This document shows positions 1 through 13,299 of a DNA stretch of 64,000 bases, one piece after another. The stretch is taken from assembly GCA_030141605.1 (NCBI GenBank), contig JAQGDQ010001012.1, positions 1 to 64,000 on the forward strand, in the 5' to 3' direction. This stretch comes from Tubiluchus corallicola (Eukaryota > Animalia > Priapulida). Each line of letters begins with the position of its first letter. Positions within the stretch are counted from its first letter, which is position 1. Made by a program: the position numbers and the translations under genes. The notes beneath the pieces are model-generated. The model ran no database searches. It had not been told where the DNA came from and was given only the letters and a program-made list of their open reading frames with translations.

Positions 1-93
1 TGATGATGGTGGTGGCAACAACAACAACAATAATAATAATAATAAAAAAACAACAACAACAACAATTTCGACGACCACGACGACAATGATGAC

Positions 94-165
<72 letters not shown>

Positions 166-184
166 AACAATAGCAATAATAATG
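1..184. repeat. Compound (GAT)n/(AAC)n/(AAT)n microsatellite
   Basis: Trinucleotide runs read directly. Confidence 0.95.
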
Positions 185-899
185 AACATTTTCCAAACCT
201 TTTCCTCTGGCTAGTACTATTTCGCAGAATTCACCACGAGTTCTTTTAGGGCAGAGACACATGAATACTCCTTTTTTCCTGGGTGATATGACACCGTCGT
301 CTATACACGTGCCGCCATTTTTACAAGGTTCTTCCAGAGTACTACAAACACCTACAGGAACGTAATGCAAATTCTTAATGGCGAGAATAAGACAATTAAT
401 GAAAAAAATCTCACAATTAAGAAACAAAGAGAAAACACAACGTCTCAAGTCACAAGAAAAAGCGGAAAAATGACAAAACATAACTAAGGACTAACTCTCT
501 TTTTTTATATTATTGACGCATTAAAAATATCACATTTACAAACAGTATAATCACTTAGGAAAGAAAATATTCATGTTCTTTTCCACGTAGTTTTTATTTG
601 CTGCGTGTATGTATCTTTTTTACGTGACTGTACATGTTATGTTTTAGGTGTCAATAAAAAAACTTCCAAATGCAATTCAAGTCAATTTGATATTTTCTTC
701 AAAACGAACCATAGCAATGAATGCATACTTATATAAAAAGAAAAACATTAAAACGTGTAACCGATCCACAGCAAGACTAAGATAATTCTTGTAAGGGTGT
801 CATTTGCATGATTAAATATTAATTACAGTGAGATCCGGCATGAATATTTGACAAACGGCACATTATGCAAATGTTGAGGCTTGGTTTAGAATACAGATC

Positions 900-1200
900 A
901 TCTATGCAAAATATGGCTCCAGCATTGTACAACTATAAGCCTATGTATAATATCAGAAAGCCCTAGGATATTATTGAATTGTTCTTGGGTTTCAGGTGTT
1001 ACCACAGACCAACGACAGAGTTACGAATGGTAACATAAAAGTGAGGCAGAATATTCTCTTGAACGAATGATGCTCTCGTATTATAAGGGCAGCGAAAAAG
1101 CGTCCAAACACCATATTATACTCTTTTAAGATGTTAAAACCTCAAGGACTTTAAATTCCTTCTATCCTGTTGCAGTGCGCTCTATCAACAGTAAATTTCA
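900..1200 (+). mobile_element. Decayed 3' end of a non-LTR retrotransposon (L2/Rex1/CR1 group)
   Basis: About 1136-1195 translates as KTSRTLNSFYPVAVRSINSK, which resembles the RT C-terminal 'T.R..NSF.P.A.R..N' motif. Boundaries are approximate. Confidence 0.4.
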
Positions 1201-2609
1201 GTAAATTTGCGATAATGTGGAGTGTATATATATATGTAGTATTAATTGTAGCTTATATGTTGTAATAAACCAAGTGTTTAATTCAAGTTGCATGCATTAA
1301 GCTTTCGTTTCAAATTAGTTGTAAGCAAATTCACATGCAAACTTGGAATTTGTTAAAGTTACGACACTGTAGGCAGTTGCATGCAGCTGATGGCCTACAA
1401 TAGGCTTCATCATAGTAGTTTCCTAGAATCCTAGCATGCTCCCGTGGCCCATGAAAGGGCTTAATGAGAATTGTAATGAATAGTTGGCCTATGGTTGTCA
1501 CCAGTTCATATTGGTAAGTTTGATATAATAGTTTTATCAGTATGCATTTTAAGAAATCTCAAAATTTATTTAATCCACATTCATACTGGAACAAATATTT
1601 GTGATAACTTTTGTCGCTCGGCAAATAGCTAAAGTTGCCGTCTTTTTGATATTACATTTTCTGCCTCTAGAATAACTCTGGAAGCTAAGGAATGCTCACG
1701 GGCAAGGACTTCCCATAAGAAATTATGTATATTATTACTCCGCTGCGAAGTCCTTTGTATATAAACAAGAGAGCTGTTTTCTCTAATGTGTTCAAAAATT
1801 CATTTGTAGTGAAACAACGTCCAGACTTGACACTTAAAACACAACTTTCTCGGCAAGGACAAACCTCCGGTTTGGATGACCCTTCCGTGCTAATAACTTT
1901 CTGTGATGAAAACAATTCTTAAGAAATCTCTTATGCCACTATGTGTACTAAGTTGGTGTATTTCATTACATTGAATTTTTGACCTGTATATAATTTTTAT
2001 GACATTTTTATATTCTGGCTGAACAAGTTGATTAGAGTTAATGTGATGTCGAGTTCGAGGTAAATAGCTTATCAGGTCAACCATTATTATTCAATGTAGA
2101 TTGGCAGTAGTGTGTTCCAATGAAGATGTGAGCTGAGAACAAATTGTTTGAGTTGTGATGTTAAAATTGCCGTTCGTTGCTTAGTAGCAATATTACTTAT
2201 AATACTGGACTTATAAGCTTAAGTTAGGTCATCATAATTGTCTTACAACATCTTTGAATTCTAACCTATGTTTTCAGTCAAGTAATAAATTTTTTTCATT
2301 TTCATTTACTTTATAAAGTAACATATAAAGGCTATTGAAGCGCTTTTTTTATCTTTGCACAAAAGTACATAAAACTTGCAATAGAAGTTTGTTCTATATT
2401 TTTAACATTCAGTGCATTTCATAATTTTACAGTGTTACTTTAAATAAAATGAACATAACAGTTTTTAGTAAATTCTATAAAAAGTAAATTGATGTCAACG
2501 TTATTATCATAATAATCTAAAAAGTTTATATGCTTCCTGTTTTATAGACTAAACTAAATAATTTTTATTTTTTGTTTCTTTTATTTGAGTGCATGTAAAT
2601 TATTTTTAG

Positions 2610-2749
2610 GTACTGTCAGTCAACATGAATATATTCAAGAGCCTTCAGGAACTGCTGCAATAAGTCATTCTCCATGTGTGACAACTGCACAGCCAGCTCA
2701 ACGTAGTAGTGTTCACTCACTGAACACAAATTCTACATCTAGTTTGCAG
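2610..2749 (+). CDS. GAB: Gab/DOS adaptor, internal coding exon (first visible; PH-domain exons presumably upstream of the window)
   Basis: Acceptor tttttag|G and donor CAG|gtattg, phase 1 to 0. Open Ser/Thr-rich frame that joins the next exon in phase. Confidence 0.65.
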
Positions 2750-4264
2750 GTATTGTCATTGAGAGTATCTTGGAATATACTTTATGTAAATTTATATAGA
2801 TAATCTATCAAAGTTTTCTTCAAATTCATCTAGGTTGCTAACTATAAGTGTAATTATGAATGAATTTGTTTGTATTGTCAGTGATTTTCTCGACTTCTAT
2901 TGAACCATTTGCAACAAATGGTGCATCACATGATTTATCTTGGTCTGCTGTGGTCCCTTAGAGGGTTCACTTTTCGATTTTCGATTGTGGAGGAAACAGG
3001 TAACAAAAAATTCCAACAATTGGTATGTAGTTTTTTTGCAAAATGTAAAACTGAGATCTGAAAAATGTATCTGCAGGAGATAGGGTGCTATATAGGTATC
3101 AGGTGGTGCAAAAAGATGTGGCAAAGACTGATCATGATATTATTACAAAGAAAATATGAGAATGGCTTGAAATGTGCACACTGATGTTATATAAGCATTC
3201 GTGGGGTCTTGGTGGGAATTTCATAAATTTTCTGGAAAGAAGAACAGGGGTATGCGATGAGATAGGCTTCTTTGGCAAAGTGGGCAGCCATGCTGTTTGG
3301 AGAGTTAGTTTCCTGGTATTATCCTAACACGAATTTCATTTTGACTACTCTTAATTTTATTTTTGGATTATATTGTAACGGTATTGCTGATGCACATTGA
3401 ACTCAAAAGACGAGTATAAAAGAAGACTTGCCAGGAATCTACCTCATATTCTACATGCTGGATGACAAAAACGGGGTAGGTGGAGAGATGTTAAAAATAC
3501 CTGTCCGCCTACTCACTGAACTGACAAGGACATTCCATATCAGCAGTTTTATACCTGGTATGCTATGCTGATATGCAATCGCTCGATAATGGATCAAACC
3601 ATCACAGTGTGGGTGTGGGGTGAAAATAAATGGCATTTTGGCATTGCAACAATATTTCTTATGCATATCTTAATAAAATAAAATAAAACAGGATAGTACC
3701 AAGTTCCTTATTTGCAATTTTCTCATTGGGAAAGCAATGTGTGTTGGTAAATCTTAGTTGTTATGACACCGGGCACTGCATTCTGTCTGTAGACTTCTTG
3801 CTTTATTAACCTACATAATATTATTAGGTAAGTGGTAAAGTACTATATTACCACTTATTGAAGAAGCAGTGTGCATTAAAAAGAGTATGTACGATACAAT
3901 GTTTGTGCATTATTGATCATTAGTGAATGTGTCTAATGTTGTTTGTCAGTTGCGTAATTTTTAACTGGTGTGAAATGTTGTTGTGTGGTGTGGTGTGACT
4001 AGGTGGTGTAGTGAGTAGTGTGTGGGTTGTTGTGGTGGTTGGCCTTTTGTTATTATTTTGCAACATCAAAATCTTCTTGAAATTCATGACTGGTTGACAT
4101 TATTGAGTAACATAAGATAAAAAACTCTGAATAATGAAAATGGCATAGAAGAAATTCTACTAAAATATATTTTATTTAACATATTTGATTGCTTTACAAT
4201 CTTATCTTCAGGCATTAGAATAAAACAAATAATTACATTAGAAGATAAATTATAGAATGCGAAT

Positions 4265-4450
4265 AACCTTAACTACTTGATCCTTACTTGCCTTAAGACC
4301 AGCATTCAAAATGGGATTAAAACATTTAATTGCCAGAGATTCTTGCCAACCTTAGTAGCTATTCAAAACCATCATGTTGTTCATCACCTGCTTATTAACA
4401 ATACTCTCTTCTGTACCTGAGAAACTAAAGTTTTTCAAAAAATGAAAACC
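4265..4450 (-). mobile_element. Penelope-like element remnant (GIY-YIG endonuclease C-terminus)
   Basis: Minus strand reads ESLAIKCFNPILNAGLKASK, matching the 'ESL.IK...P.LN.GLKAS' end of Penelope ORFs. Confidence 0.5.
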
Positions 4451-6013
4451 CTCTGAATTATAAAAATGTTTTAAAATGGCAGGTTTTGGGTGATTGGCTG
4501 ACTATCAAAAAAAAATTTGTGTTATTAAATACAACATATTTTTAAAATATCTACTATGCCTTTTTCATTGTTTGTAGTTTCATTCATCTTATGTTCTTGG
4601 AATTTATCTACATATTTCTTACTTTGAATATTTTGCTTCATGACTTGTTAGGAGTGAAAGTTAAAAGTCACAAAATTTGTGCGAGTAGCCCTGGGTCAAG
4701 GAAGGTCAGCAGTGTGACCTCTAACCTCTGATCAAGGGGTCAAAAGCAGTGGCTGCCAATAATTTTTTTATTAGGTCACAACTCTTTTTTTAAGACATTG
4801 AGTTAAATTCAACTTTTTCACAGGTATTTAGGTGTAGCAGGGTTTATTGAGCTTTAAAAAACTTTCACTACACAGAAGCCATCTTGTGCAAATAGGGCAA
4901 ACGGCTTTACTGATGAACTCCCTTTTTAGTATTGGACTAGAAGTCAGTGTTTCTGCATGTATGGGATGGGGGTATTTGTGCATTATACATAGACAGGTTT
5001 GTTAAAAATTACAGTTTACAGCTGAATAAAATTGTTTTGTACGAAACCTGGAAAGGAAAATTAAAATGACATTAAACTAAATTGAAACTAGAAATGTTGA
5101 TGTAATACAATTGCAAGACTATCTAAAATTACAATTAAAAGCAGTGCATAATAAAACAAACTATAAAATTAAAAGAATGTAATAAACAAAACTAAAAATG
5201 AAATTAAAAATGCAGTTATCCAATAATTTAAGCTGCAAAGAAAAACTAAAATTTGGGAGTAAAAGAAAAAAGATTAAAAAGATCAATATTAAAAACCATC
5301 TATCTGCCGCTAATAAGATGTTTCATATATAAAATTGCTGAATAGAACGATGGGTCAGTCTTACACGGGTCTTAAATAATGATTCTGTTTTTATCTAAAT
5401 TACAACATATATTTAGGTTTAACGTTATTTTGCATTTTTGTTGCAAATTTTACGACTAGCTTTGTGCGGCGCACTGTCTTGAAAATCAAGATTTAAATTC
5501 TGCAAGTGTGTTTTAATAATTTGAAAAATTGATTCCTAAAATTAATTTACAGGCTCTGTTTTGTTCATTTTCAATATCTAGTGATTGCTGTTTGTTAACT
5601 GAAGCATGTCATAGAAGTACAGACAATTCAAGATGATATGTGATACCAGTAACATAAATTTTAAAACAGTCACTGTAACATGTGCTGCATCATTTTAAAG
5701 TTATGAGCTGAGAAAGCTTTAAGAGGGTGAGGAACTTTTATAATCATTTTGTCTGCAGAATCTCTGCATTTGGGCAATAGCCGCGAAAGTTTGACATTAA
5801 ATTGAGGACCAACATTTTTAAATTTCCCCTTTTTCCTCATTTGGTTTCTCCTCTTCTTACATTGGTGGGACTACTCCCTTCTAATGAACTGTGAGCTTCA
5901 TTCACTGAAGTTTCTTCTTAAAACTTTTCCAAAATGAGTAGCCAGTGCAGATAAGCTATTACACCAGGTGTTTAAAAATTGTTGTACAAAAGGAGTTTTT
6001 GTATTACATGCAA

Positions 6014-6016
<3 letters not shown>

Positions 6017-6064
<48 letters not shown>
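6017..6064. repeat. (TA)n microsatellite
   Basis: Read directly. Confidence 0.97.
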
Positions 6065-6067
<3 letters not shown>

Positions 6068-6839
6068 ATGCAATTTTAGTTGCATTAGATAAACTATATT
6101 CCAACTTAGAACAATCAAAATTTAGTAAGGTCTCTGCTCATTTTATGTATTTTAATTATATGCTAGCCTTCAATACATACTTATACAACCACACCTATTA
6201 GCTCAAAAACTCCTTAATACAGAAGTTCTCCAAAACTCTTATATGAATTGGGTAGTTGATCACTTAGCAAACCAATCACAATATATACGTATTAACGATA
6301 CTCTATTAACAATAGTGTAATTCTGAAATTGTATTTTCTAATACTCGTTCTTTGGATGCTCACCACCTGCCTCTGTTAAATTTGCTGATGGTTTAGCACT
6401 CATTGTATTAATAGCAAATGATGATGGCAAAATGAAAACTTGCACTTAATGTTGATAATAATTTAATAATAATAATTTATTAGATATTAAAATACATTAA
6501 CATTAAAATTGACAAATGCATTTAAGGCAGGCCTGCATACACACATTGCCCAATGAGGAAATCAAACCATTAGATGCAATTAACACATAGCCTACACATA
6601 CACACGAATTACTAAACAGATTAATTAAATATCATAACTTAACTATCAAAATTATCAAAAATGCTCAAACTGTATGCATCAAAAAATTATTCTGTAATGA
6701 AATTTGCACATGTATATCCCGCATTCTGTAATTTCTTGATAATACTGCATTTATTCATATTTATATTTATATTTACTCAAATGGAAAATTATCTGTATTT
6801 TAATGCTAATTGTAAGATGCAATGTGGAAAATGAATAAA

Positions 6840-7036
6840 CTCTCTTCTCTTCTCTTCTCTTCTCTTCTCTTCTCTTCTCTTCTCTTCTCTTCTCTTCTCT
6901 TCTCTTCTCTTCTCTTCTCTTCTCTTCTCTTCTCTTCTCTTCTCTCTTCTCTTCTCTTCTCTTCTCTTCTCTTCTCTTCTCTTCTCTTCTCTTCTCTTCT
7001 CTTCTCTTCTCTTCTCTTCTCTTCTCTTCTCTTCTC
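6840..7036. repeat. (TTCTC)n pentanucleotide microsatellite
   Basis: Read directly; it explains the REEKR/LLFSS pseudo-ORFs. Confidence 0.97.
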
Positions 7037-7228
7037 AAACATTACCTACAGGTCAGTTTTGATAAAAAAACGAATGTTTGTAGATGACAGAATCATGTGT
7101 CGCTCAACACTTGATTCTGTCATCAGGGTCAAGAACAGTGAAGGGGAAAGGGTTATGAATATAATACCTGTGGACAGTATTTGTGACAAGTTCATTACGG
7201 GCTGACCATATTGAACATACATAGAACA

Positions 7229-7441
7229 ACTTAAATCACAGCATATTGCTTATGCAAGTTGAGTTTTTTGTATCAGAACAAGGACATCTTAACAGTTTTT
7301 TTTAATAATTCAGCTATTTTTAGCATTTGGATTTACTTAAATCACAGCATATTGCTTATGCAAGTTGACTTTTTTTGCATGAGAATAAGGACATCTTAAC
7401 AGTTTTTTCATAATTCAGCTATTTTTAGCATTTGGATTTAC
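7229..7441. repeat. Tandem duplication of a ~106-bp unit
   Basis: acttaaatcacagcatattgcttatgcaagttga... starts at both 7229 and 7335, with few mismatches. Confidence 0.9.
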
Positions 7442-8023
7442 TGTTTAACTTTTTAGCGAGAAAATGCCTCAAAAACATTCAAAAAATTATATAAACAGTA
7501 TTATAAAATAGTCAGCGAGAGTAATGTTTGAAAGTCTGTCGATAGTGGATGCAATCTATATCTATATAAACTCTCACGTGTGAGAAATACTGCCGTATAT
7601 GATGGGTAACAATCGTTATCCTCTCTATGATTAAGTAATTTTCATAATGCAACTTTTAGTATACGTATACAGATTTTGTTTGTGACTTATGAATCATTAA
7701 TTTATGGGGAGGGGGGAAGGGTGAGGAGATTGTATGCATGTTGAAGCATTTTAATCTACTTTGCATTTAGGGTATAATAATGTGAATGTGTGAGTCTTGC
7801 ATGTGTTTTTTTTATTCTAGTAAGCTATGTGTCATTGATTTTATGGATTTTATTACAAGCATGTAATTTCCTTTTAGGATATTAATAAAGTTTTACTGAC
7901 TTATTGACCCCGTAAAGCTATTAAAGTTTTTTTAATAGCTCACTGACTTTATACTCAAAGTCTCAAACTTTGCACATTAGTATTTTTCTGATTGACGGCA
8001 TATGGTCTTAATATTGCTTTCAG

Positions 8024-8185
8024 GGTCGAGTGTCTCCAATGCAGGTATCACTGCTATCACATAATCCTTCTAATTCAGATGCAGGCGTTAATGAGAGTGG
8101 GAAAATGTCTGCAGACATCCACAGGCTGCAGGATTCTTCATCTCCATATATATACTTATCAGATTGTCACAGCGGTACCCCAAAG
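8024..8185 (+). CDS. GAB: Gab/DOS adaptor, internal coding exon
   Basis: ctttcag|GGT ... AAG|gtaatt, phase 0 to 0. Encodes YIYLSDCHSG, matching the Y-x-x-L-x-x-C-x-S motif that follows the PH domain in Gab proteins. Confidence 0.85.
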
Positions 8186-8859
8186 GTAATTGTTCACTTA
8201 GCTAAATTAAACCTTTCTGTGTAAAAGCTATATAGTATTACTAAAATGAGGCAAACATGTAAGCAGTATTTTGAATAAATCGAGGTTGTGCGAATGTGAA
8301 TGATATTCTGCAAAATTGTATTGTGAAAGGAATAATTCTGGAACATAATATTCTAACGTTATTTGTATGGTTAATTATTCAGCATGTTATTGTCTCACAA
8401 CTAAAGTTGATGCAAATCGGATAGTTGATGCAAATTCCGTTAGAGATGCAGGGGGAGACTGTGTCCAAAAGGCTCATGCGATCTGATGGAACACAGTGCC
8501 TTTTGGGGTCAAAACTTTCGAGTAGGGGAAATTAGAGACTACTTTGTATCTAAGCCTAACTGAAAAATTGCAGAATATATTCAATCGTTTTTTTTCTGTA
8601 CTGACAAGAGTAAGACATATTATTTTATATACGGAATAGATATATTTACTATAAGATAGTGCAGTGATAGCATAGACACGACCTGTTTCATAAATATAAA
8701 ATGTGAGTGTCTATGCAGTGTCTGATTTAAATCATTTTGACCATCTCTCTTTCTTTCTCTGTCTCTCTCTCTCTGTCTCTCCCCTGCTCTCTCTCTCTCT
8801 CTCCTCTCTGCACTATTCTACCATGAAAAATAAAATTTAGTTCTTGCTTCAACGTGAAA

Positions 8860-10850
8860 CAATGCGTTGACGACACTTCACATAAGTATTTAACGATTGG
8901 GTGACGTAAAATACTGCTGAGCTAAATGTGAATCAAATTAAAGACTTTGGGACAACATTTAAAAATGTTTTTGAAAAAAAAATGACCATGGCACACGGTA
9001 ATGACCACGATAAAAGCAGAATTTTGTTTAACATGTTCCCTGATGTATCGAAAGAAGAAATAAACACATATGACAATGCATGGTGTCAAAACGTTGAACA
9101 TTGGATAGATAATTACTTAAATTTTAACTTGGCTAACAGTTGGCTAAACGACAATTTCACTTAAGAAGAATTCTTCAAGCAATTAGAGAAGTCAAACTGG
9201 TAAAAAAGTATTGATAATAATGGCTGCCATCCATTAACGCTTAAGCATACAGGGTTTTGGTGCGAGTCATTCAACCTCTTCATATAACCTATGCAACCTA
9301 TGGTAAACTTATGCATGAGTGAGTCCTACTGGCAATGGCACAAAGCAAAAATTACATTTTTTGAAAAAATGCGATAAAACTGATTACAGCAAACCAAATA
9401 ATTACATATCACTCATTTGCCATAACATTGGTTTTTACGAGGATGGTAGTGCATGCTTCAAAATTGCTTTCAAATTGAACTACTTTATAGATGCTGAATC
9501 AGAAGGCTTTCATCCCTAAGATAATACTCAATGTTATTTGATCAGATTATGGTCTGCCTTAGAGTTAGAACAACTTAAACAAAACCACTTTACCATCTTC
9601 TGCGACTTTAAAAAAGCTTTTGATAACATGTGGGTAGATGGTCGCTTGGAAATTCTATTCAAATGGTATTAAATGACGTCCGTTAGGTCTGCTGAAAAAA
9701 TTTTAACATCAAAATACATATTAACGATTTTATGTCAGATGAGTAGGTGTGCAAAAATGGTCTACAACAAGGTTCTGTCATTTTACCGTTGCTCTTATTA
9801 TTATATGTAACAGACACTGAAACAAAATAAATTCACCAACAGTTGGACACACAAATTCAAATACATTTGACGATGGGTCACTTGTTATCTCCGCTGACTC
9901 AGTCTGCGAAAGTTATCTGTGTCCAACTTTGATGTCACATAATCTATCGTTGACACTGATACTGGAGGCTAAATGTCAACTGTGAGCCAAACAAAACTGA
10001 AGCCATTTTATATGCAAGCAAATCAAGCATGGAATCTTCTCTTCCAAACCTGCAGTTTGGTGATAAAAAATCACCTATGTTGAGCAAAGTAAAGTTTTGG
10101 GTGTCATTGGTGACTACAAATTGAACTTCAGGTCTTATACTTTGGCTCACAAACAAGTTTGGGGAAATGGACTAAAATAAAACAGTTATGCTTTAACCAT
10201 AAAGATGTGCAGATGGCGACAGTCACTAACTTGTTTCAGTATAAAGTAGTGATGCTCACATTATAAACACTGACAAAGCCAGAACTTGACCTATAAAGAA
10301 AGAAATGGAACCTTTTGTTCAAGCTCCAATCGGCCAGCTTCTGTCTAAGGATTTGTAGCCTTACATATGTCAAAAGCCTGATCGTTTTTAAATTTAACGA
10401 AAGACACTGTGTTGTGATATAATGATAAACTAACGATGTTTCACAATAATGGTTTTAAGTTTAAAGAAGACAAAATGGAGTTGTTCCAGTCTACGTTGTG
10501 GTCTAGAAAGATAAAACACAGAAATAATATCTGACGATTTAGCGCAACTATTTCTGCATTACTGTCAAGCTGCCAACCGGGAAATTTGACAGAAAAACCG
10601 ATACTGTGGTGCTGATCTTGTTACTGAGAAGAGACTGCAAGGCATTTTTCTGTACTGTCGGATTTTCGCATGTGAGTGTGGCATACACTGTCAAACACCG
10701 AGCCATTTAGTGTTCTGTTGCCCTCTTGTATACAATTTCTAACATGGATATAAAGGACATTTATCTCTTCAGAGACAAGAATGCCAGCAATATATTTGTC
10801 GAAACAGTAAATGAGTTGATGTGAAAAACATTCTTGTTCATAAATGGTAC
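8860..10850 (+). mobile_element. Decayed I-group (I/Nimb-like) LINE, RT to C-terminal zinc knuckle
   Basis: Broken RT motifs (DYSKPNNYISL; FCDFKKAFDNMW; GLQQGSVI.PLL) and terminal CECG..QTPSHLVFCCP at about 10672-10730. Many stops and frameshifts. Confidence 0.75.
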
Positions 10851-13299
10851 CTTTATCTTATTCTTGCCACTATAATGTTGAGTGTGCAGTCAGTTTAGCC
10901 CAAAAAATTGTGTGCTTTGTTTTAGAAAGTTAGTCAACGTTAATTTGACATTTAATTTATTTGTATGACATGTAATTTATTTTAAAACTGTCGTTCCGGA
11001 AATTACCATCCCCACTTGTACATGCTCCCTAATATTCGTAGTTAATTACATGAACTACAATTTTATTTTTCCTAATGCACACCTTTATGACAAACACCAC
11101 TTGCCAATTACTAACCTTACTCCACAGTCTTGGATATGTTAAATTTTGACATAGCTTGTATAAAGTTTTTATACTGTTGTGATATAAATATAATGTTTGT
11201 CAAATTACTCTGCAATTAGGGGGATTTACGTTATGTATACATGTTGCAAAATAAAAAATGTATTATGTATTTAATTTCTCCCTCCCCGTTTCTCTATATT
11301 TATAGTGTTTTATGTAATACATTTATACGTATGAGTACATGAAAAGATGTTTATTGAGTTATGTAAAAATCTGAATTTTGGTGAAGAGTTGCAGTCAGTA
11401 AAATAAGTTTTATTTTATGCAATTTGTGAAGAATTTGGCGGAACAATCAGTGTATGGTACAGGCATGCGTTTAGCACATTATAGGTCCTTTATTAAAACA
11501 GACATCAAAACGGCATGTACAGCAGATGAACCTAATAAAAGCTACAAAATATGCAGATGAGCAAGGCCACTATGTCAAAGACAACTATCACTGATAGTGT
11601 GTGAAAAATGTTTCGAGGAACACGCAATTGGTAATATATAAATGGACAGTGCAGTAAAATCAGTTAGAAGTAGAACCAGTACAGTGCTCTCAAGAACTGG
11701 CTCAGCTGGTATGATCACGCTGGGGTAGCTCTCATTTTCGTGATCTAAAAAAAGAAAAAAGAACCAATAGTGAACGAAAACTGTAATATTAAGCTGCAAA
11801 AAATTAAAAAGCTGCTCCAAGATGATACAGATAATCAGTGCTTCATGTTTAGGTTAGGGGTTCTCATCACGAGCAGAACAAAAACATGTTGTGGGTCTAG
11901 GTCAGAACAGTAGCTCCTCCAGCGCAATGTGGGGGCGAGCCCTGGAAACTAATGCATTTTCCTGGTTTTTACTCATTTTGAGTCAATCAAAGATCAGAAG
12001 GTTAATGAAAAAAGTGCAGTTCAGTAAGCAGTATTTCAACAGTTTTTCACCATTAAATATATGAAATTTAGATATTTATTCAAAAGCAACACTTTCTTTG
12101 TCTGCTCATTTTTCCACTGCAGAACCATTCATCTAGGTCCTTTGAATCATCTTATCAATAACATAATTAATATCATTCTCTTTTGTGACCAATCCCTTTC
12201 TTGTGAGTCAGACTACAATATCACTAGCTGTCAACTACATCATATATTTTATGATATTCACAAACACGATCATCCATTTCTTTCTTGTAATTCGCAATAT
12301 ATCTGCTTTTCTTATCATTTTCAGGGGCGTATCAAAATTTATAACACCCTAGGTGATTTGTAATTGTTTATATGTGAAGCCTAATATTATTATTATTATG
12401 AAACCCACAATTATTATTGTATATTAGTAGTATTAGTGCTTAAATATTCTTGTTGTTCTTGTTAATTACATATAATTTGTAAGGGCTTATGTCTAAGAAT
12501 TGCTGCACAACTGATTTTTGTGTAGGGCCTTTTTATAAGAATAATAATTAATACTTGCGCGCAGTAACTGTCTGTGCTGTGTTATAAAATACTCTTTATA
12601 TGAATATGAAAGGGTACACATTTTCTGAGTAGAGAAGAATAGAAATTTTTTAACACTGAGCCATTATTTGGCACCCTTGTCTACAGCCTGGTTAGTCATT
12701 GGTAAATACACCCTGATCATTTTCATCTAAGGTTCACTTATTTGTTACGCCCTTGTAATTAAGAAACCATTTTGGGTATTTATGGTAAGTTGACAGTACT
12801 TGCAGTCATAATTGCATTATGATAATTTGTATAATTATGTATTCTCTTGGTAACGGAAAAATCCAGTGATGAGTTATGCCTACATCCTTGTCGCCTAGTG
12901 CTAAAACTGTTGTAGTGCGTTTTTAAGGTACTGTTTGTTTCGTTTTTCGTCTTTACAGTTGACAGATCAATAACAGACAAAGTTTTTAATAATACTGCTT
13001 GAAGAACGTTTTATGTAACACATATAGTTTTTGTGTTATAGATATGCTTCTAGTCAATTAAATGGTGAGAAATCTAAATGTGCTACCCGACTAGAAATTA
13101 GTTTCTGTTTAGGTGCAGGATCTATAATTTTAGGTTCGGGGTTTACGACCCGGACAGACCCGGCGCACTTTAAGCACAGCAGATTATGCAGCTTTCTCCA
13201 CTGGTCTACATAGCAAATTAGAAAACAGAGAAGTCAGTTGTAAAGCTAACACATTGACAAAACTAAAATATGCCGTAATGCAGAAGTGAAAAACTTCTA

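Noticed and set aside
300-330. YY1-like GCCGCCATTTT suggesting a minus-strand gene start
   Set aside because: The ATG frame closes after 5 codons, the site is probably inside a Gab intron, and the motif is common in TEs.
1685-2084. Short ORFs as candidate Gab PH-domain exons
   Set aside because: No PH motifs and no phase-compatible splice sites; the PH exons are presumably upstream of the window.
7083-7124. 13-bp perfect hairpin GATGACAGAATCA/TGATTCTGTCATC
   Set aside because: Too short for a pre-miRNA and embedded in what looks like decayed LINE sequence.
6751-7205. REEKR- and LLFSS-repeat ORFs
   Set aside because: They are translations of the (TTCTC)n microsatellite.
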